49,038 nt of DNA from the NCBI GenBank assembly GCA_045579105.1, contig JAZNLM010000004.1, positions 1 to 49,038 on the forward strand, in the 5' to 3' direction. The position numbers and the translations under genes are program-made. Under the pieces are notes generated by a model that did not search any database, had not been told where the DNA came from, and saw only the letters and a list, made by a program, of their open reading frames with translations. The DNA comes from Candidatus Flemingiibacterium sp. GTDB lineage: Bacteria > Bacillota > Clostridia > Oscillospirales > CAG-272. Of this stretch, positions 1 through 8,715 are shown one piece after another. The first letter of the stretch is position 1. Each line of letters opens with the position of its first letter.

Positions 1-21
1 AGCGGAGGATTTTCCTCCGCT
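1..21. terminator. GC-rich hairpin downstream of zinc-ribbon gene
   Basis: agcggagga-ttt-tcctccgct inverted repeat 28 nt past the stop of the minus-strand ORF; any U-tract would lie outside the window. Confidence 0.5.
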
Positions 22-48
22 CTTGTTATATCGAGATATGATTTGTAT

Positions 49-450
49 TTAGTCCGCATCCAAAACATCAACAGGTTGCAACACTAATTTTGTACACATT
101 ATACCTTGGCGAGCTGTTACATTATATCTTTTAGTTTTTGCAGGGTCAACCACACCCGTGCATTCACCAGCGTGATGATTCAAGCTCATATGATATTTTA
201 CAGTAATATTAGTTGCGCCATCGAAATACAGTTCCGCTATCTCTCCTGAAGTTCCTTGCCAAAGAATTTTGCCACCAGAGGAAATGGAAACTTTTTGATT
301 ATTAAGCCGAGCGGTCGATTTCAAAACGGATAATTTAATCATAACGCTTCCATTTGGCTTACTAGATGCAATCGGAAATCCAGAGTTGGGACAACTGTTT
401 GCTCTGTCAGAAACATCTCTTCCACATTCGGGACACTTAATCATTGCCAT
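49..450 (-). CDS. zinc-ribbon domain protein
   Basis: N-terminal MAMIKCPECG..VSD.A.SCPNSG zinc-ribbon (4th Cys is Ser); RBS AGAAAGGA before ATG at 450. Confidence 0.75.
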   Translation of the reverse strand: MAMIKCPECGRDVSDRANSCPNSGFPIASSKPNGSVMIKLSVLKSTARLNNQKVSISSGGKILWQGTSGEIAELYFDGATNITVKYHMSLNHHAGECTGVVDPAKTKRYNVTARQGIMCTKLVLQPVDVLDAD

Positions 451-486
451 AACACAAATATCCTTTCTAAATGTAAAATTGAAAAT

Positions 487-528
487 AAAAAAGGTGCGCC
501 CCAATAAGAGAACGCACCCGAAAAATGC
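487..528 (-). terminator. intrinsic terminator upstream of zinc-ribbon gene
   Basis: minus strand GGTGCGTTCT-loop-GGGGCGCACC followed by TTTTTT. Confidence 0.75.
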
Positions 529-700
529 AAACTCCTATTGTTGCTACATAAATCTCAACGAAAAGAGGATACTCCTACATTTCATCAGCGGAACTTGCAC
601 TTTTACCAAATTCAAACTGATAAAATGTAAAAAGGGTACAGTATCCCTATGAAAACAGCGAGATTTTCTCTTTGAAATCGTTGATTTAATTTGTGTAGCA
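487..700 (-). ncRNA. putative structured sRNA or attenuated leader RNA
   Basis: sigmaA promoter at 705-733, nested inverted repeats forming a ~160-nt rod (542-700), intrinsic terminator 487-528. Confidence 0.55.
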
Positions 701-704
701 GTAA

Positions 705-733
705 ATTGTACCATAGACTTATGAACAATTCAA
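705..733 (-). promoter_or_regulatory. sigmaA promoter with extended -10
   Basis: TTGAAT-N17-TACAAT with TG at the extended -10 position. Confidence 0.65.
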
Positions 734-852
734 GATATGAGAGTATATTTGTTATTTTAATGTTATGATTTCTCTTGAGTTGTTCATTTTTTATGATATA
801 ATTTAATAATGTAATCAATAACACCCAATGACGAGATTGTCGTTCAAACGCC

Positions 853-883
853 AAAAGAGCCGCGGCTTTGCTGAGGCTCTTTT
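853..883. terminator. intrinsic terminator
   Basis: aaaagagcc...ggctctttt inverted repeat just after the stop at 885. Confidence 0.55.
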
Positions 884-884
884 A

Positions 885-1274
885 TTATTCCCATTTCCCA
901 CGCCGCTTTCTCACCAACGCAATCACGCCGAACGTCGTGAGCATAAACGCGAGCATTATACCCGTATACACAAATGCTGCGGGCGGCTCGACTATGTCGT
1001 AGCGGAGCGAGTTTGCAAGCGCACAGACGAAGAATATCACGCCCATAAGCCCTGCATATGCGTAGTCACGAAAGGACGTCACCGCGGTCGCTATACCGTA
1101 CAGCACGGCGAGGAGCGGATAGTAAACGAGCATCTGCTCAATTCCGTAAAAGTCTATCTGTATGCTGCCGCCGCCCGTCTTTTCGGGTATAAGCACGAGA
1201 AACACAAGGCACAAAGCAAGATTTAACAGCACAAACGCTGTCAGCTTGTTTTTTATGTGGTCACGTCTGAACAT
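885..1274 (-). CDS. small 4-TM membrane protein, unknown function
   Basis: four hydrophobic segments; RBS GGAGG before ATG at 1274 (MFRRDHIK). Confidence 0.7.
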   Translation of the reverse strand: MFRRDHIKNKLTAFVLLNLALCLVFLVLIPEKTGGGSIQIDFYGIEQMLVYYPLLAVLYGIATAVTSFRDYAYAGLMGVIFFVCALANSLRYDIVEPPAAFVYTGIMLAFMLTTFGVIALVRKRRGKWE

Positions 1275-1332
1275 AAGCGCCGCCTCCAAAAAATTGTGGT
1301 ATACCAAATTCAGTATACCACAAAATTTATAT

Positions 1333-2058
1333 TTAGTCAACCCTGCGCCCGTCGGTCGTAATCGTGACGACCTGCCACGGGATAAACTTACCGCTCGCCT
1401 GAAGCGCACGCTTCGCCGCCTGCTCGATACCGCCGCAGCACGGCACCTCCATACGTACCACCGTAACGCTCTTTATGTTATTGTTTGCGATGATAGGCGT
1501 CAGCTTTTCGGCATAGTCGCCTTCATCAAGCTTCGGACATCCGATAAGCGTAACGCGGTTTCGTATAAATTCATTATGGAAGTTTCCATAAGCATACGCC
1601 GTACAGTCTGCGGCTATGAGCAGATTTGCCCCGTCGAAATACGGCGCGTTGACAGGCACGAGCTTTATCTGCACCGGCCACTGCATAAGCTGACTCGAAA
1701 CCGTCTGCGTACTCGCGCTGGGAACAGCGCACGCCTCGCGCTTTATGCTTTTAGCGTTTGTACCGGGACAACCGCACGGAAGCTTCTTTGGCGCACTGCC
1801 GCGTGAACCCGGGTTATCCTTCTTTGCCTTCTCCGCAAGTACGGCCGCTTCGTCATATGCAGGCGCTTCTCTTTCCTCAAATGTAATTGCGCCGGTCGGA
1901 CAAGCCGGAAGACAGTCACCAAGACCGTCGCAATAATCCTCGCGCGTGAGCTGAGCCTTTCCGTTTACCATTTCAATCGCGCCCTCGTGACACGCCGTGG
2001 CACAAGAGCCGCAGCCATTGCACTTATCTTCATTTATTCTTATTATTTTTCTTTTCAT
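1333..2058 (-). CDS. 4Fe-4S dicluster ferredoxin-domain protein (family often linked to hcp/Crp-Fnr)
   Basis: CNGCGSCATAC and CDGLGDCLPAC motifs, C-terminal QWPVQIKL, AADC, GCPKLD, MEVPCCGG; RBS AGGAG. Confidence 0.85.
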   Translation of the reverse strand: MKRKIIRINEDKCNGCGSCATACHEGAIEMVNGKAQLTREDYCDGLGDCLPACPTGAITFEEREAPAYDEAAVLAEKAKKDNPGSRGSAPKKLPCGCPGTNAKSIKREACAVPSASTQTVSSQLMQWPVQIKLVPVNAPYFDGANLLIAADCTAYAYGNFHNEFIRNRVTLIGCPKLDEGDYAEKLTPIIANNNIKSVTVVRMEVPCCGGIEQAAKRALQASGKFIPWQVVTITTDGRRVD

Positions 2059-2124
2059 ATAACTTCTCCTTGTGGTTTATTTATTATTTACGACTTAATT
2101 ATATCACCCCCGCAAGGATATATC

Positions 2125-2140
2125 TGTTGATTTTTCAACA
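2125..2140. promoter_or_regulatory. palindromic TF site (Crp/Fnr-family HcpR-like candidate)
   Basis: perfect TGTTGA-N4-TCAACA 67-82 bp upstream of the ferredoxin gene start. Confidence 0.45.
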
Positions 2141-2202
2141 TACATATAATTTATCACCCCTCACAAACAGGGGTTACGCTAGAATAAAAGAGAGCAATAA
2201 TG

Positions 2203-2245
2203 AAAAAAATCAACACGCGAGATACTCTCCGTGTTGACTTTTTTA
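2203..2245. terminator. intrinsic terminator ending the minus-strand EPS operon
   Basis: A-tract, tcaacacg...cgtgttga, T-tract. Confidence 0.7.
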
Positions 2246-4285
2246 TTAAATCTTAAGCATTTCTGCATCAGTATTGGTTAGACTGGTCATAGTGTTCTTA
2301 AGGTTTTCCCTGGTGTTTACCGTTTCTGGAGTACAGTACGTAGGAACAACCTTTATAAGTGCCTCTTTTACTACATCATCATCGTCTGTAGCAAGCGCTG
2401 TTCTAAGGATATCGAGTCTTTCGTTTAATTCTTCTAATGGGAGAGGAGTGTCACGCTCTATGAATATCATACTGTTTTCAGTCTTATCAAGCTCTTCAGT
2501 GCGAATGAGCAACTCTTCATAAAGCTTTTCGCCAGGACGAAGACCGGTTTCAACGATATCAATATCGCGGTAAGGCTCGAATCCGCCAAGGCGTATCATC
2601 GTTTCTGCAAGCTCTAAAATATGTATCGGCTTCCCCATGTCGAGAACAAAAAGTTCACCGTTTTTTGCCATAGCTCCTGACTGAAGCACAAGCTGGCTTG
2701 CCTCTGGAATGGTCATAAAATATCGTATGATACGCTTATCTGTTATAGTAACCGGGCCACCATTCATTATCTGACGCTTGAAAAGTGGAACGACCGATGC
2801 CGCACTTCCGAGAACGTTTCCGAATCTAGTTGCGCTGAACGTAGTGGATGTACCCGTACGACTGTGGCTTTGTACAATCATCTCGCAGAAGCGTTTTGTA
2901 GCGCCCATCACGTTAGTTGGATTAACCGCCTTGTCGGTGGATACCATCATAACTCTCTCTACGCCGTATTTTTCGGAAAGCTCAACAACGTTGAGCGTGC
3001 CAAATATGTTGTTCTTTACAGCCTCACAGCAGTTGTGCTCCATAAGCGGAACATGCTTGTGCGCAGCTACGTGAAGAACTACGTTTGGATTGTGTGAGAA
3101 AAAAACCTTTTCCAAACCGTTCACATCGCAAACCGAAACAATCTCAACGCACACATTAAGTTTCTCCCCGTATGCCATACGAAGTTCCTGCTGGATATCA
3201 TACGCACCATTTTCGCAGATATCAAGTATAATGAGCTTTTGAGGTTCCATTCTTGCTATCTGACGACAAAGTTCGCTACCAATAGATCCGCCACCACCGG
3301 TTATGAGAACCGCTTTTCCCTTATAGTATGCATTGGTACGCTCACCATTAACCTGAACAGGCTTACGGAATAAAAGCTCCTCAATATCAAACTCGCGCAT
3401 ATGACGTTTCCCATTAGTGGTAGTCTGCATAGTGGGATAGTCGTAAACCTTAATCTTGCAGCCGGTCTTTTTGTAAAACTCGTAGAGTTCTTTTATTCTC
3501 TTGGGATTAACTCTCGGCAGTGCAAAAACAATTTCCTGAATACCCTTATCCGCGAGTACTTTTTCAATATCTTCTTCACCCGAAATTATCGGAAGATCAA
3601 ATATCTGACGTCCTATTTTAGATTTATCCTTATCAATAAAACAGCACGGTATGTATCCCGAACGAGGATTTTTTATAAGTTCCTGTGCCAGCATGACACC
3701 AACCTGACCCGCACCAACTATTGCAATCTTTATCTTATTGTTAACCTTCTGTTTGTCTTCTTCCTTGTTAACATTTTCACTTTCAAAGGAAAGTCCGCTG
3801 ATAAATCCCATAAACGAACGAAGAAATTTTGCATGCTTTCTGTCTGCATTTTTTGCAGATTCATAAAGAAGCTGATACATCATTCGCATTGCAACAGCAA
3901 GTAAGAGGCTAAAAGATATTATAGAAAACGCGCGGACAAATGTGATTCTTTGTATTGGAAGAATAATCTGAAGTACAAGGTAGAGTACACCGGCAAAAAA
4001 GTCCGATATGATAAGCCTGATATACGCCATAGGATAACCATAGCGCCATATTTGCCTATAAACTCCGCAACCAGATCTGCACGCCCATACACAAACAAAG
4101 GTAAGCGCCAAATGCAAAAAAAACGGAACCGCGCCCAATGCACTTTTACTGCTCGGATAAAAACCAAGCATCAGTATGTTTACTATTAAAAGAAGAATAA
4201 GGTCATATACCTGGAGCGGGAGATGGCGTTTTCTGCGTGGCTTCGCAGATGCCATCTCGGGATGTTCGCCAGAAATATTATTCAT
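2246..4285 (-). CDS. capD: CapD/PglF-type UDP-GlcNAc 4,6-dehydratase (polysaccharide biosynthesis)
   Basis: 4 N-terminal TMs, GAGQVG, ITGGGGSIGSEL, AAHKHVP, STDKAVNPTNVMGATKR, RFGNVLGS, GLRPGEKLYEEL. Confidence 0.93.
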   Translation of the reverse strand: MNNISGEHPEMASAKPRRKRHLPLQVYDLILLLIVNILMLGFYPSSKSALGAVPFFLHLALTFVCVWACRSGCGVYRQIWRYGYPMAYIRLIISDFFAGVLYLVLQIILPIQRITFVRAFSIISFSLLLAVAMRMMYQLLYESAKNADRKHAKFLRSFMGFISGLSFESENVNKEEDKQKVNNKIKIAIVGAGQVGVMLAQELIKNPRSGYIPCCFIDKDKSKIGRQIFDLPIISGEEDIEKVLADKGIQEIVFALPRVNPKRIKELYEFYKKTGCKIKVYDYPTMQTTTNGKRHMREFDIEELLFRKPVQVNGERTNAYYKGKAVLITGGGGSIGSELCRQIARMEPQKLIILDICENGAYDIQQELRMAYGEKLNVCVEIVSVCDVNGLEKVFFSHNPNVVLHVAAHKHVPLMEHNCCEAVKNNIFGTLNVVELSEKYGVERVMMVSTDKAVNPTNVMGATKRFCEMIVQSHSRTGTSTTFSATRFGNVLGSAASVVPLFKRQIMNGGPVTITDKRIIRYFMTIPEASQLVLQSGAMAKNGELFVLDMGKPIHILELAETMIRLGGFEPYRDIDIVETGLRPGEKLYEELLIRTEELDKTENSMIFIERDTPLPLEELNERLDILRTALATDDDDVVKEALIKVVPTYCTPETVNTRENLKNTMTSLTNTDAEMLKI

Positions 4286-4293
4286 TCGTTTAA

Positions 4294-5277
4294 TTACTCC
4301 TCAATTTTATAGAAAAGATCTATCACAGTTTTTTGTGCTGACGCCTCATCAACGTAATATTCAACGTACTGATCGGTTTTTACAGCTTCACCAGCAAGAG
4401 TTAGTATGTCACCGTGTGAATACGTCTGCAGTCGCTCGGCAAGCACCGAAAGCTGATTGGCCGTAAGATCAGATACTACGTATTCGCTAACATCGACAAG
4501 CGTTTTAAGAGCATTATCAAGGTCATTATCTACGCATTGCTTTACAAAAGCGGTGATATATTGGCGCTGACGTTCCATACGTTCGAGGTTACTCGTGGTT
4601 GCCGCCGCACTTCTGTAGCGCACGAATTTGAGAGCATTATCGCCATTAAGTGTAACTGTAGCACCCCTGGTAAATTCTTCGCCTATATCAGTAAGATCAT
4701 GCTCAAGTGTTACGGTAACTCCGCCCACACTATCGTTAATTTTCGGTATTGCATCCATTGTGAATGAAATATAATGGTTGATCTTTACGCTGTAAAGCAG
4801 ATTTTCAACCGCCGACACCGTATTACGGCACTGCAATTTTCCACTTCCACCGTACGTATGAGCAAGTGCAAGCTGAGCAACGTACGTGCCGTATTTGTTT
4901 CCGTTATCATCTATCTGCGTGATATCGGTCATAGTATCTCGGTTAATATGAAGTACGCTAAAGGAATGATCGAGCTTGTCGATAATTAAAAGCGCAATAA
5001 AGTCCGCCTGAAGTGAATCGGCACGGGAATTATCCGGGGTTGTTATCGAGTCGATACCCATAACAAGTACACTCTCTTTGTTTTCATCAAGAGTGTAAAG
5101 ACTTCCCTTATAATATAGTTGCGACTTTCCCGTATTCGTATAATTCAGTGAGTCAGGTGACTCATCCATGCGGTTAAAAATCTTTTCGGCAAGTCGAAAA
5201 ATAGTGATCAGGGACACAACAAACACGAGAAAAAACAACACGATTACTATTCCTTTAGTAAGTTTTTTCCTATCCAT
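4294..5277 (-). CDS. LCP (LytR-CpsA-Psr) family protein
   Basis: N-terminal TM, LVMGID, QAD, INRDTM, DSVGGVTV, ALKFVRYR, RMERQRQY. Confidence 0.9.
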   Translation of the reverse strand: MDRKKLTKGIVIVLFFLVFVVSLITIFRLAEKIFNRMDESPDSLNYTNTGKSQLYYKGSLYTLDENKESVLVMGIDSITTPDNSRADSLQADFIALLIIDKLDHSFSVLHINRDTMTDITQIDDNGNKYGTYVAQLALAHTYGGSGKLQCRNTVSAVENLLYSVKINHYISFTMDAIPKINDSVGGVTVTLEHDLTDIGEEFTRGATVTLNGDNALKFVRYRSAAATTSNLERMERQRQYITAFVKQCVDNDLDNALKTLVDVSEYVVSDLTANQLSVLAERLQTYSHGDILTLAGEAVKTDQYVEYYVDEASAQKTVIDLFYKIEE

Positions 5278-5320
5278 TTTGTATCCGCCTTTAATTTTAT
5301 TATTACTTAACTAAAACCGA

Positions 5321-6010
5321 TTACTTAGCAGATGCCTTTCTCAACTTAATAGCGCAAAGGATCGCAAGTGCCGCAAAGAATACAGCACCGAATATTGCAG
5401 GTGCGAAATAAGTGGGAACACCCGTCTGAGGCGAGTCGTGATCGCATTCGGGATCAGGACAACCATCAAGAACAATAGCAAATGCCGCCATAGAAGTTGC
5501 GGTAATAGTGATAACACCGTTCTCATCTATAGTGTAGTCAACTATCTCCATATGGTGATCCGAATATGACTCTGTTATAATAAGGAAAAGGTCATCTGCA
5601 TCTATGCCCTGAAGTTTGATTTTAAAGGTAATCTCTTTACCCGTTTCTGCATCGCTTCCAAGCTCGCTTAAGTAACGCACGTCAAAGATATCGCTTATTA
5701 CCGCGTGCTCAATAGGTGCGCCGGAAGTAAAACTTTCCCAAACTGCTTCGAAATCTTTTACAATTTGAGTCAACTCATTATCGTTAAGCTTTTCTTTAGC
5801 ATCACGAAGGCTTTCATCGATATCGATATGAAGGTCAATAATATCATCATAAAGATGAGCAATAGGCGTAATTATGAGATCGTCGTCGCCCTCAACAAGT
5901 TCGGGACCATCCTTACGCTCCACGCTGGGCGTAAATTGTACTGCCGCTGCAGTTATACTAAAAACCATAGCGAACGCCATAAAAAATGTCAAAATACGTA
6001 ATGCTTTCAT
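5321..6010 (-). CDS. secreted acidic cell-wall-anchored protein with SPQTG sorting signal
   Basis: signal peptide ending AAA, D/E-rich body, C-terminal SPQTG + hydrophobic TM + KLRKASAK tail. Confidence 0.8.
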   Translation of the reverse strand: MKALRILTFFMAFAMVFSITAAAVQFTPSVERKDGPELVEGDDDLIITPIAHLYDDIIDLHIDIDESLRDAKEKLNDNELTQIVKDFEAVWESFTSGAPIEHAVISDIFDVRYLSELGSDAETGKEITFKIKLQGIDADDLFLIITESYSDHHMEIVDYTIDENGVITITATSMAAFAIVLDGCPDPECDHDSPQTGVPTYFAPAIFGAVFFAALAILCAIKLRKASAK

Positions 6011-6041
6011 TGTGTAGTATCTCCTTACAATAAATTATATA

Positions 6042-6935
6042 TCAGTTGGAAGCATTCCCAACATCATCATTTTTCAAATCGTCCTCAAAGACCGCCATAA
6101 CAAGATATCGTCTTGTGGTATCTTCGTTAAGGCAAACAGAAAGTATTATAACTCGGTCACCAACGCGCGGAAAGGAATCTTTATCAAAGTTCGCTCCGAT
6201 TTCCCTTACATGTTTTACCTCGTTAAAGAAGCGAGTGTACCAATATTTAACCGAGAAATCATACGTATCAAGCAAATGTGCTTTGCTGAACGGAACCGCG
6301 GCAAAAACTTTATAATGACGCACTTCATCGGGAAGATAAATTACTATGTCATTATGCTCGTCAAATGATACTGGATCCGAGTAGGTTCTTTGAAGCTGAC
6401 CGAACATAGTTCCCGAGCGCATCGTGTGTCCATATATCACCGTAACGGGGTCGTTGAAATCGCGGCTATTGTAGGTTGCTTCCGTAAACAGAGAGCCGCC
6501 TATATACCATTTCCCATTATATGCGGTGTTTAAATATTTTTTGTCGTTACTTTGACTTTGCAGCACGGGGTAATCTATTTTAGTGTCTTCAATCTCTATC
6601 CACGCGTGTATGTCGGGGTTAACCTGCCACAGCGTGTCAAAATCAAGAAGTCCCTGTGTATTCGACGTATCTTCGATAGGATCGATTACAGGAAGCGTAT
6701 CTGCGCCGTCTGTCGTGTCTTTTGTGTCAGTCGTGTGCGACGTTTCAAACTGCTTTATCGAGTCTCTCAAAGCTTCAAAAGCATCGTCATCATCGCGGGT
6801 AAGCATCATTTGATAGATAAGGGCTAAACATATGCACGCACACACACAGACAAGGCAAATACACAGCAAAATTATATATTTTATTTTCGAGTTGCTATCC
6901 GTATTACCTCTCATAAATACAGCCGTAGCTTCCAC
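6042..6935 (-). CDS. srtB: class B sortase
   Basis: N-terminal TM, NPDIHAWI, IDYPVLQ, IYGHTMRSGTMFGQL (His), ILSVC (Cys), RRYLV (Arg). Confidence 0.88.
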   Translation of the reverse strand: MEATAVFMRGNTDSNSKIKYIILLCICLVCVCACICLALIYQMMLTRDDDDAFEALRDSIKQFETSHTTDTKDTTDGADTLPVIDPIEDTSNTQGLLDFDTLWQVNPDIHAWIEIEDTKIDYPVLQSQSNDKKYLNTAYNGKWYIGGSLFTEATYNSRDFNDPVTVIYGHTMRSGTMFGQLQRTYSDPVSFDEHNDIVIYLPDEVRHYKVFAAVPFSKAHLLDTYDFSVKYWYTRFFNEVKHVREIGANFDKDSFPRVGDRVIILSVCLNEDTTRRYLVMAVFEDDLKNDDVGNASN

Positions 6936-7003
6936 ATTGTGGAAACTTTCCTTCCATAGGCATTTACAGCCCGTTTTGAAACGTAAAACTTACACTGTCA
7001 GCT

Positions 7004-7744
7004 CTAAAATCCCAATAGGCTTCGCGCATCGTCCATCATAAATTCAATTGCATCCTCACCCAAGCGTTTCTTTATAATGTTGAGAGCAGCTCCGATATTC
7101 GGTGTACGGTCAACTAAATTGTGACAGTCTGAACCAAGCAAATGAATAAATCCCTTTTTAAAAAACTTTAAGGCCTTGCGAGATGTACGCTTTCCTATAA
7201 AAAAGTCCGCATTAGATTGCATTAGAATACCGTTTTCCATAAGCTCGTTTATAACATCATGCCGTTGTGCAAAAAGATACCGTTCCACATGTGCGATTAC
7301 CACTTGACAGCACGGTCGCCCGTTTAGTTCAAGCAAATCGTCCACCATACGCGTGGTCCACACCTGCGCTGGCATCTCTACAAGTATACAGTTGCTATCC
7401 CCGAGCTTCAGTTCGGGATAGTCCGCCATACACACGAGCCCATCAAAATATTCTATCTCTGCACCCACAATAAGCTTAATGTCAGAAATATCATCTTCCA
7501 TGGCGTATGCTTCGCAAAGCGCATCAAATGCATGATTCCTTCGCTTGATAAAGCTTTGGGGATTATCAACCTGCGGGTAAAAATGCGGCGTAAGCACAAC
7601 AAACCCAACATTATCCTCTGCCAAAGTACGTATCATATGCATACTCTGCTCTACAGAGCAACTTCCGTCGTCAACCCCCTGCAGGATATGCGTATGAAAG
7701 TCAACATATCTTCGTTCGGACGCACGAAGTACACTATCACTCAT
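7004..7744 (-). CDS. cpsB: CpsB/CapC PHP-family tyrosine-protein phosphatase
   Basis: DFHTHIL..VDDGS, TPHF, GAEI, IAHVERY, LGSDCHN. Confidence 0.9.
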   Translation of the reverse strand: MSDSVLRASERRYVDFHTHILQGVDDGSCSVEQSMHMIRTLAEDNVGFVVLTPHFYPQVDNPQSFIKRRNHAFDALCEAYAMEDDISDIKLIVGAEIEYFDGLVCMADYPELKLGDSNCILVEMPAQVWTTRMVDDLLELNGRPCCQVVIAHVERYLFAQRHDVINELMENGILMQSNADFFIGKRTSRKALKFFKKGFIHLLGSDCHNLVDRTPNIGAALNIIKKRLGEDAIEFMMDDARSLLGF

Positions 7745-8715
7745 CAGACGTCCCTATCTTCCGTATGCTTGGTTTCGTGATGGCTTTTCTGGTCATGTTT
7801 TTCATAATAACGGTGTCCATGCGACGAATAATACCCATGATGTGAATAATGACCTCTTGAATAATAGCCCCTTGAATAATAGCCGTGGTGTCCAGAATAA
7901 CCTCCATGGTATCCGAATTTATTGATGGAATATTTCTTGTATTTATACTTACCATACTTTGATGCATTCTCGACGCAAGTCATTATAAGTCCGATTATTC
8001 TTGCCCCATTGAGATCAAGCTGCATTATCGTATCGTCAAGCATACGCTTATCCGCATACGCTTGGCGTACTACAACTATAATTCCGTCAGTAAACTGCGA
8101 AACAATAAGTGCATCAGCAACCTCTGTTATAGGCGGCAAATCGATTACTATATACTCATACTCCTCCCGTAAATCACCAAGCATAAGTTCAAATCGCTTA
8201 GACGCCAGAAGCTCAGTTGGGTTCGGAGGTATATCCCCACAGGTAATAACATGAAGTCCGTCCTGTGAAGCTGAGTGCTGAATCATAGAAAAATCGTTGG
8301 TTTTGCTAACAAGCATGTTGCTGAGTCCAGGCGAATTATGAACTCCAAGAGATTTTGCTACCTTGGAAAGACGCATATCGGCATCGATAAGCAGTGTTTT
8401 CTTACCCGCCTTCATTAAGTCATATGCAAGGTTCATAGATGTAGTACTCTTTCCCTCATGTGCCAACGAACTCGTTACACCAATAACGTGGCACTCGCCC
8501 TCATCCGCAAAACTGAACATTACATTTGTGCGAAGACGTTTGTGTGCTTCCGTCACAGCAAACGAGCGGTTCTTACCAATCACTGCATAATTCTGATCTT
8601 CTCCGAAAATATCCTTTTTCTTCTTATTCTTATTAGCAGCTTGTTTTTTCTTATTAGTAGTTTGTTTTTCAGTTCCGGTCATACTCCCGGCTACAGATTT
8701 ATTCTTCTTAAACAT
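7744..8715 (-). CDS. cpsD: CpsD/CapB BY-kinase with extended Tyr/His/Gly tail
   Basis: RLRTNV, Walker A HEGKST, LIDADMR, PPNPTELL, IVIDLPP, C-terminal Tyr cluster. Confidence 0.92.
   Translation of the reverse strand: MFKKNKSVAGSMTGTEKQTTNKKKQAANKNKKKKDIFGEDQNYAVIGKNRSFAVTEAHKRLRTNVMFSFADEGECHVIGVTSSLAHEGKSTTSMNLAYDLMKAGKKTLLIDADMRLSKVAKSLGVHNSPGLSNMLVSKTNDFSMIQHSASQDGLHVITCGDIPPNPTELLASKRFELMLGDLREEYEYIVIDLPPITEVADALIVSQFTDGIIVVVRQAYADKRMLDDTIMQLDLNGARIIGLIMTCVENASKYGKYKYKKYSINKFGYHGGYSGHHGYYSRGYYSRGHYSHHGYYSSHGHRYYEKHDQKSHHETKHTEDRDV
7802..7915 (-). repeat. degenerate 15-18 bp coding tandem repeat (G-[YH]-Y-S-x)
   Basis: GGCTATTATTCAAG twice at 15-bp period plus degenerate copies encoding GYYSRGYYSRGHYSHHGYYSSHG. 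Confidence 0.75.

Noticed and set aside
828-1806. Plus-strand ORFs of 132 and 214 aa
   Set aside because: Antisense to well-supported minus-strand genes that have RBSs.
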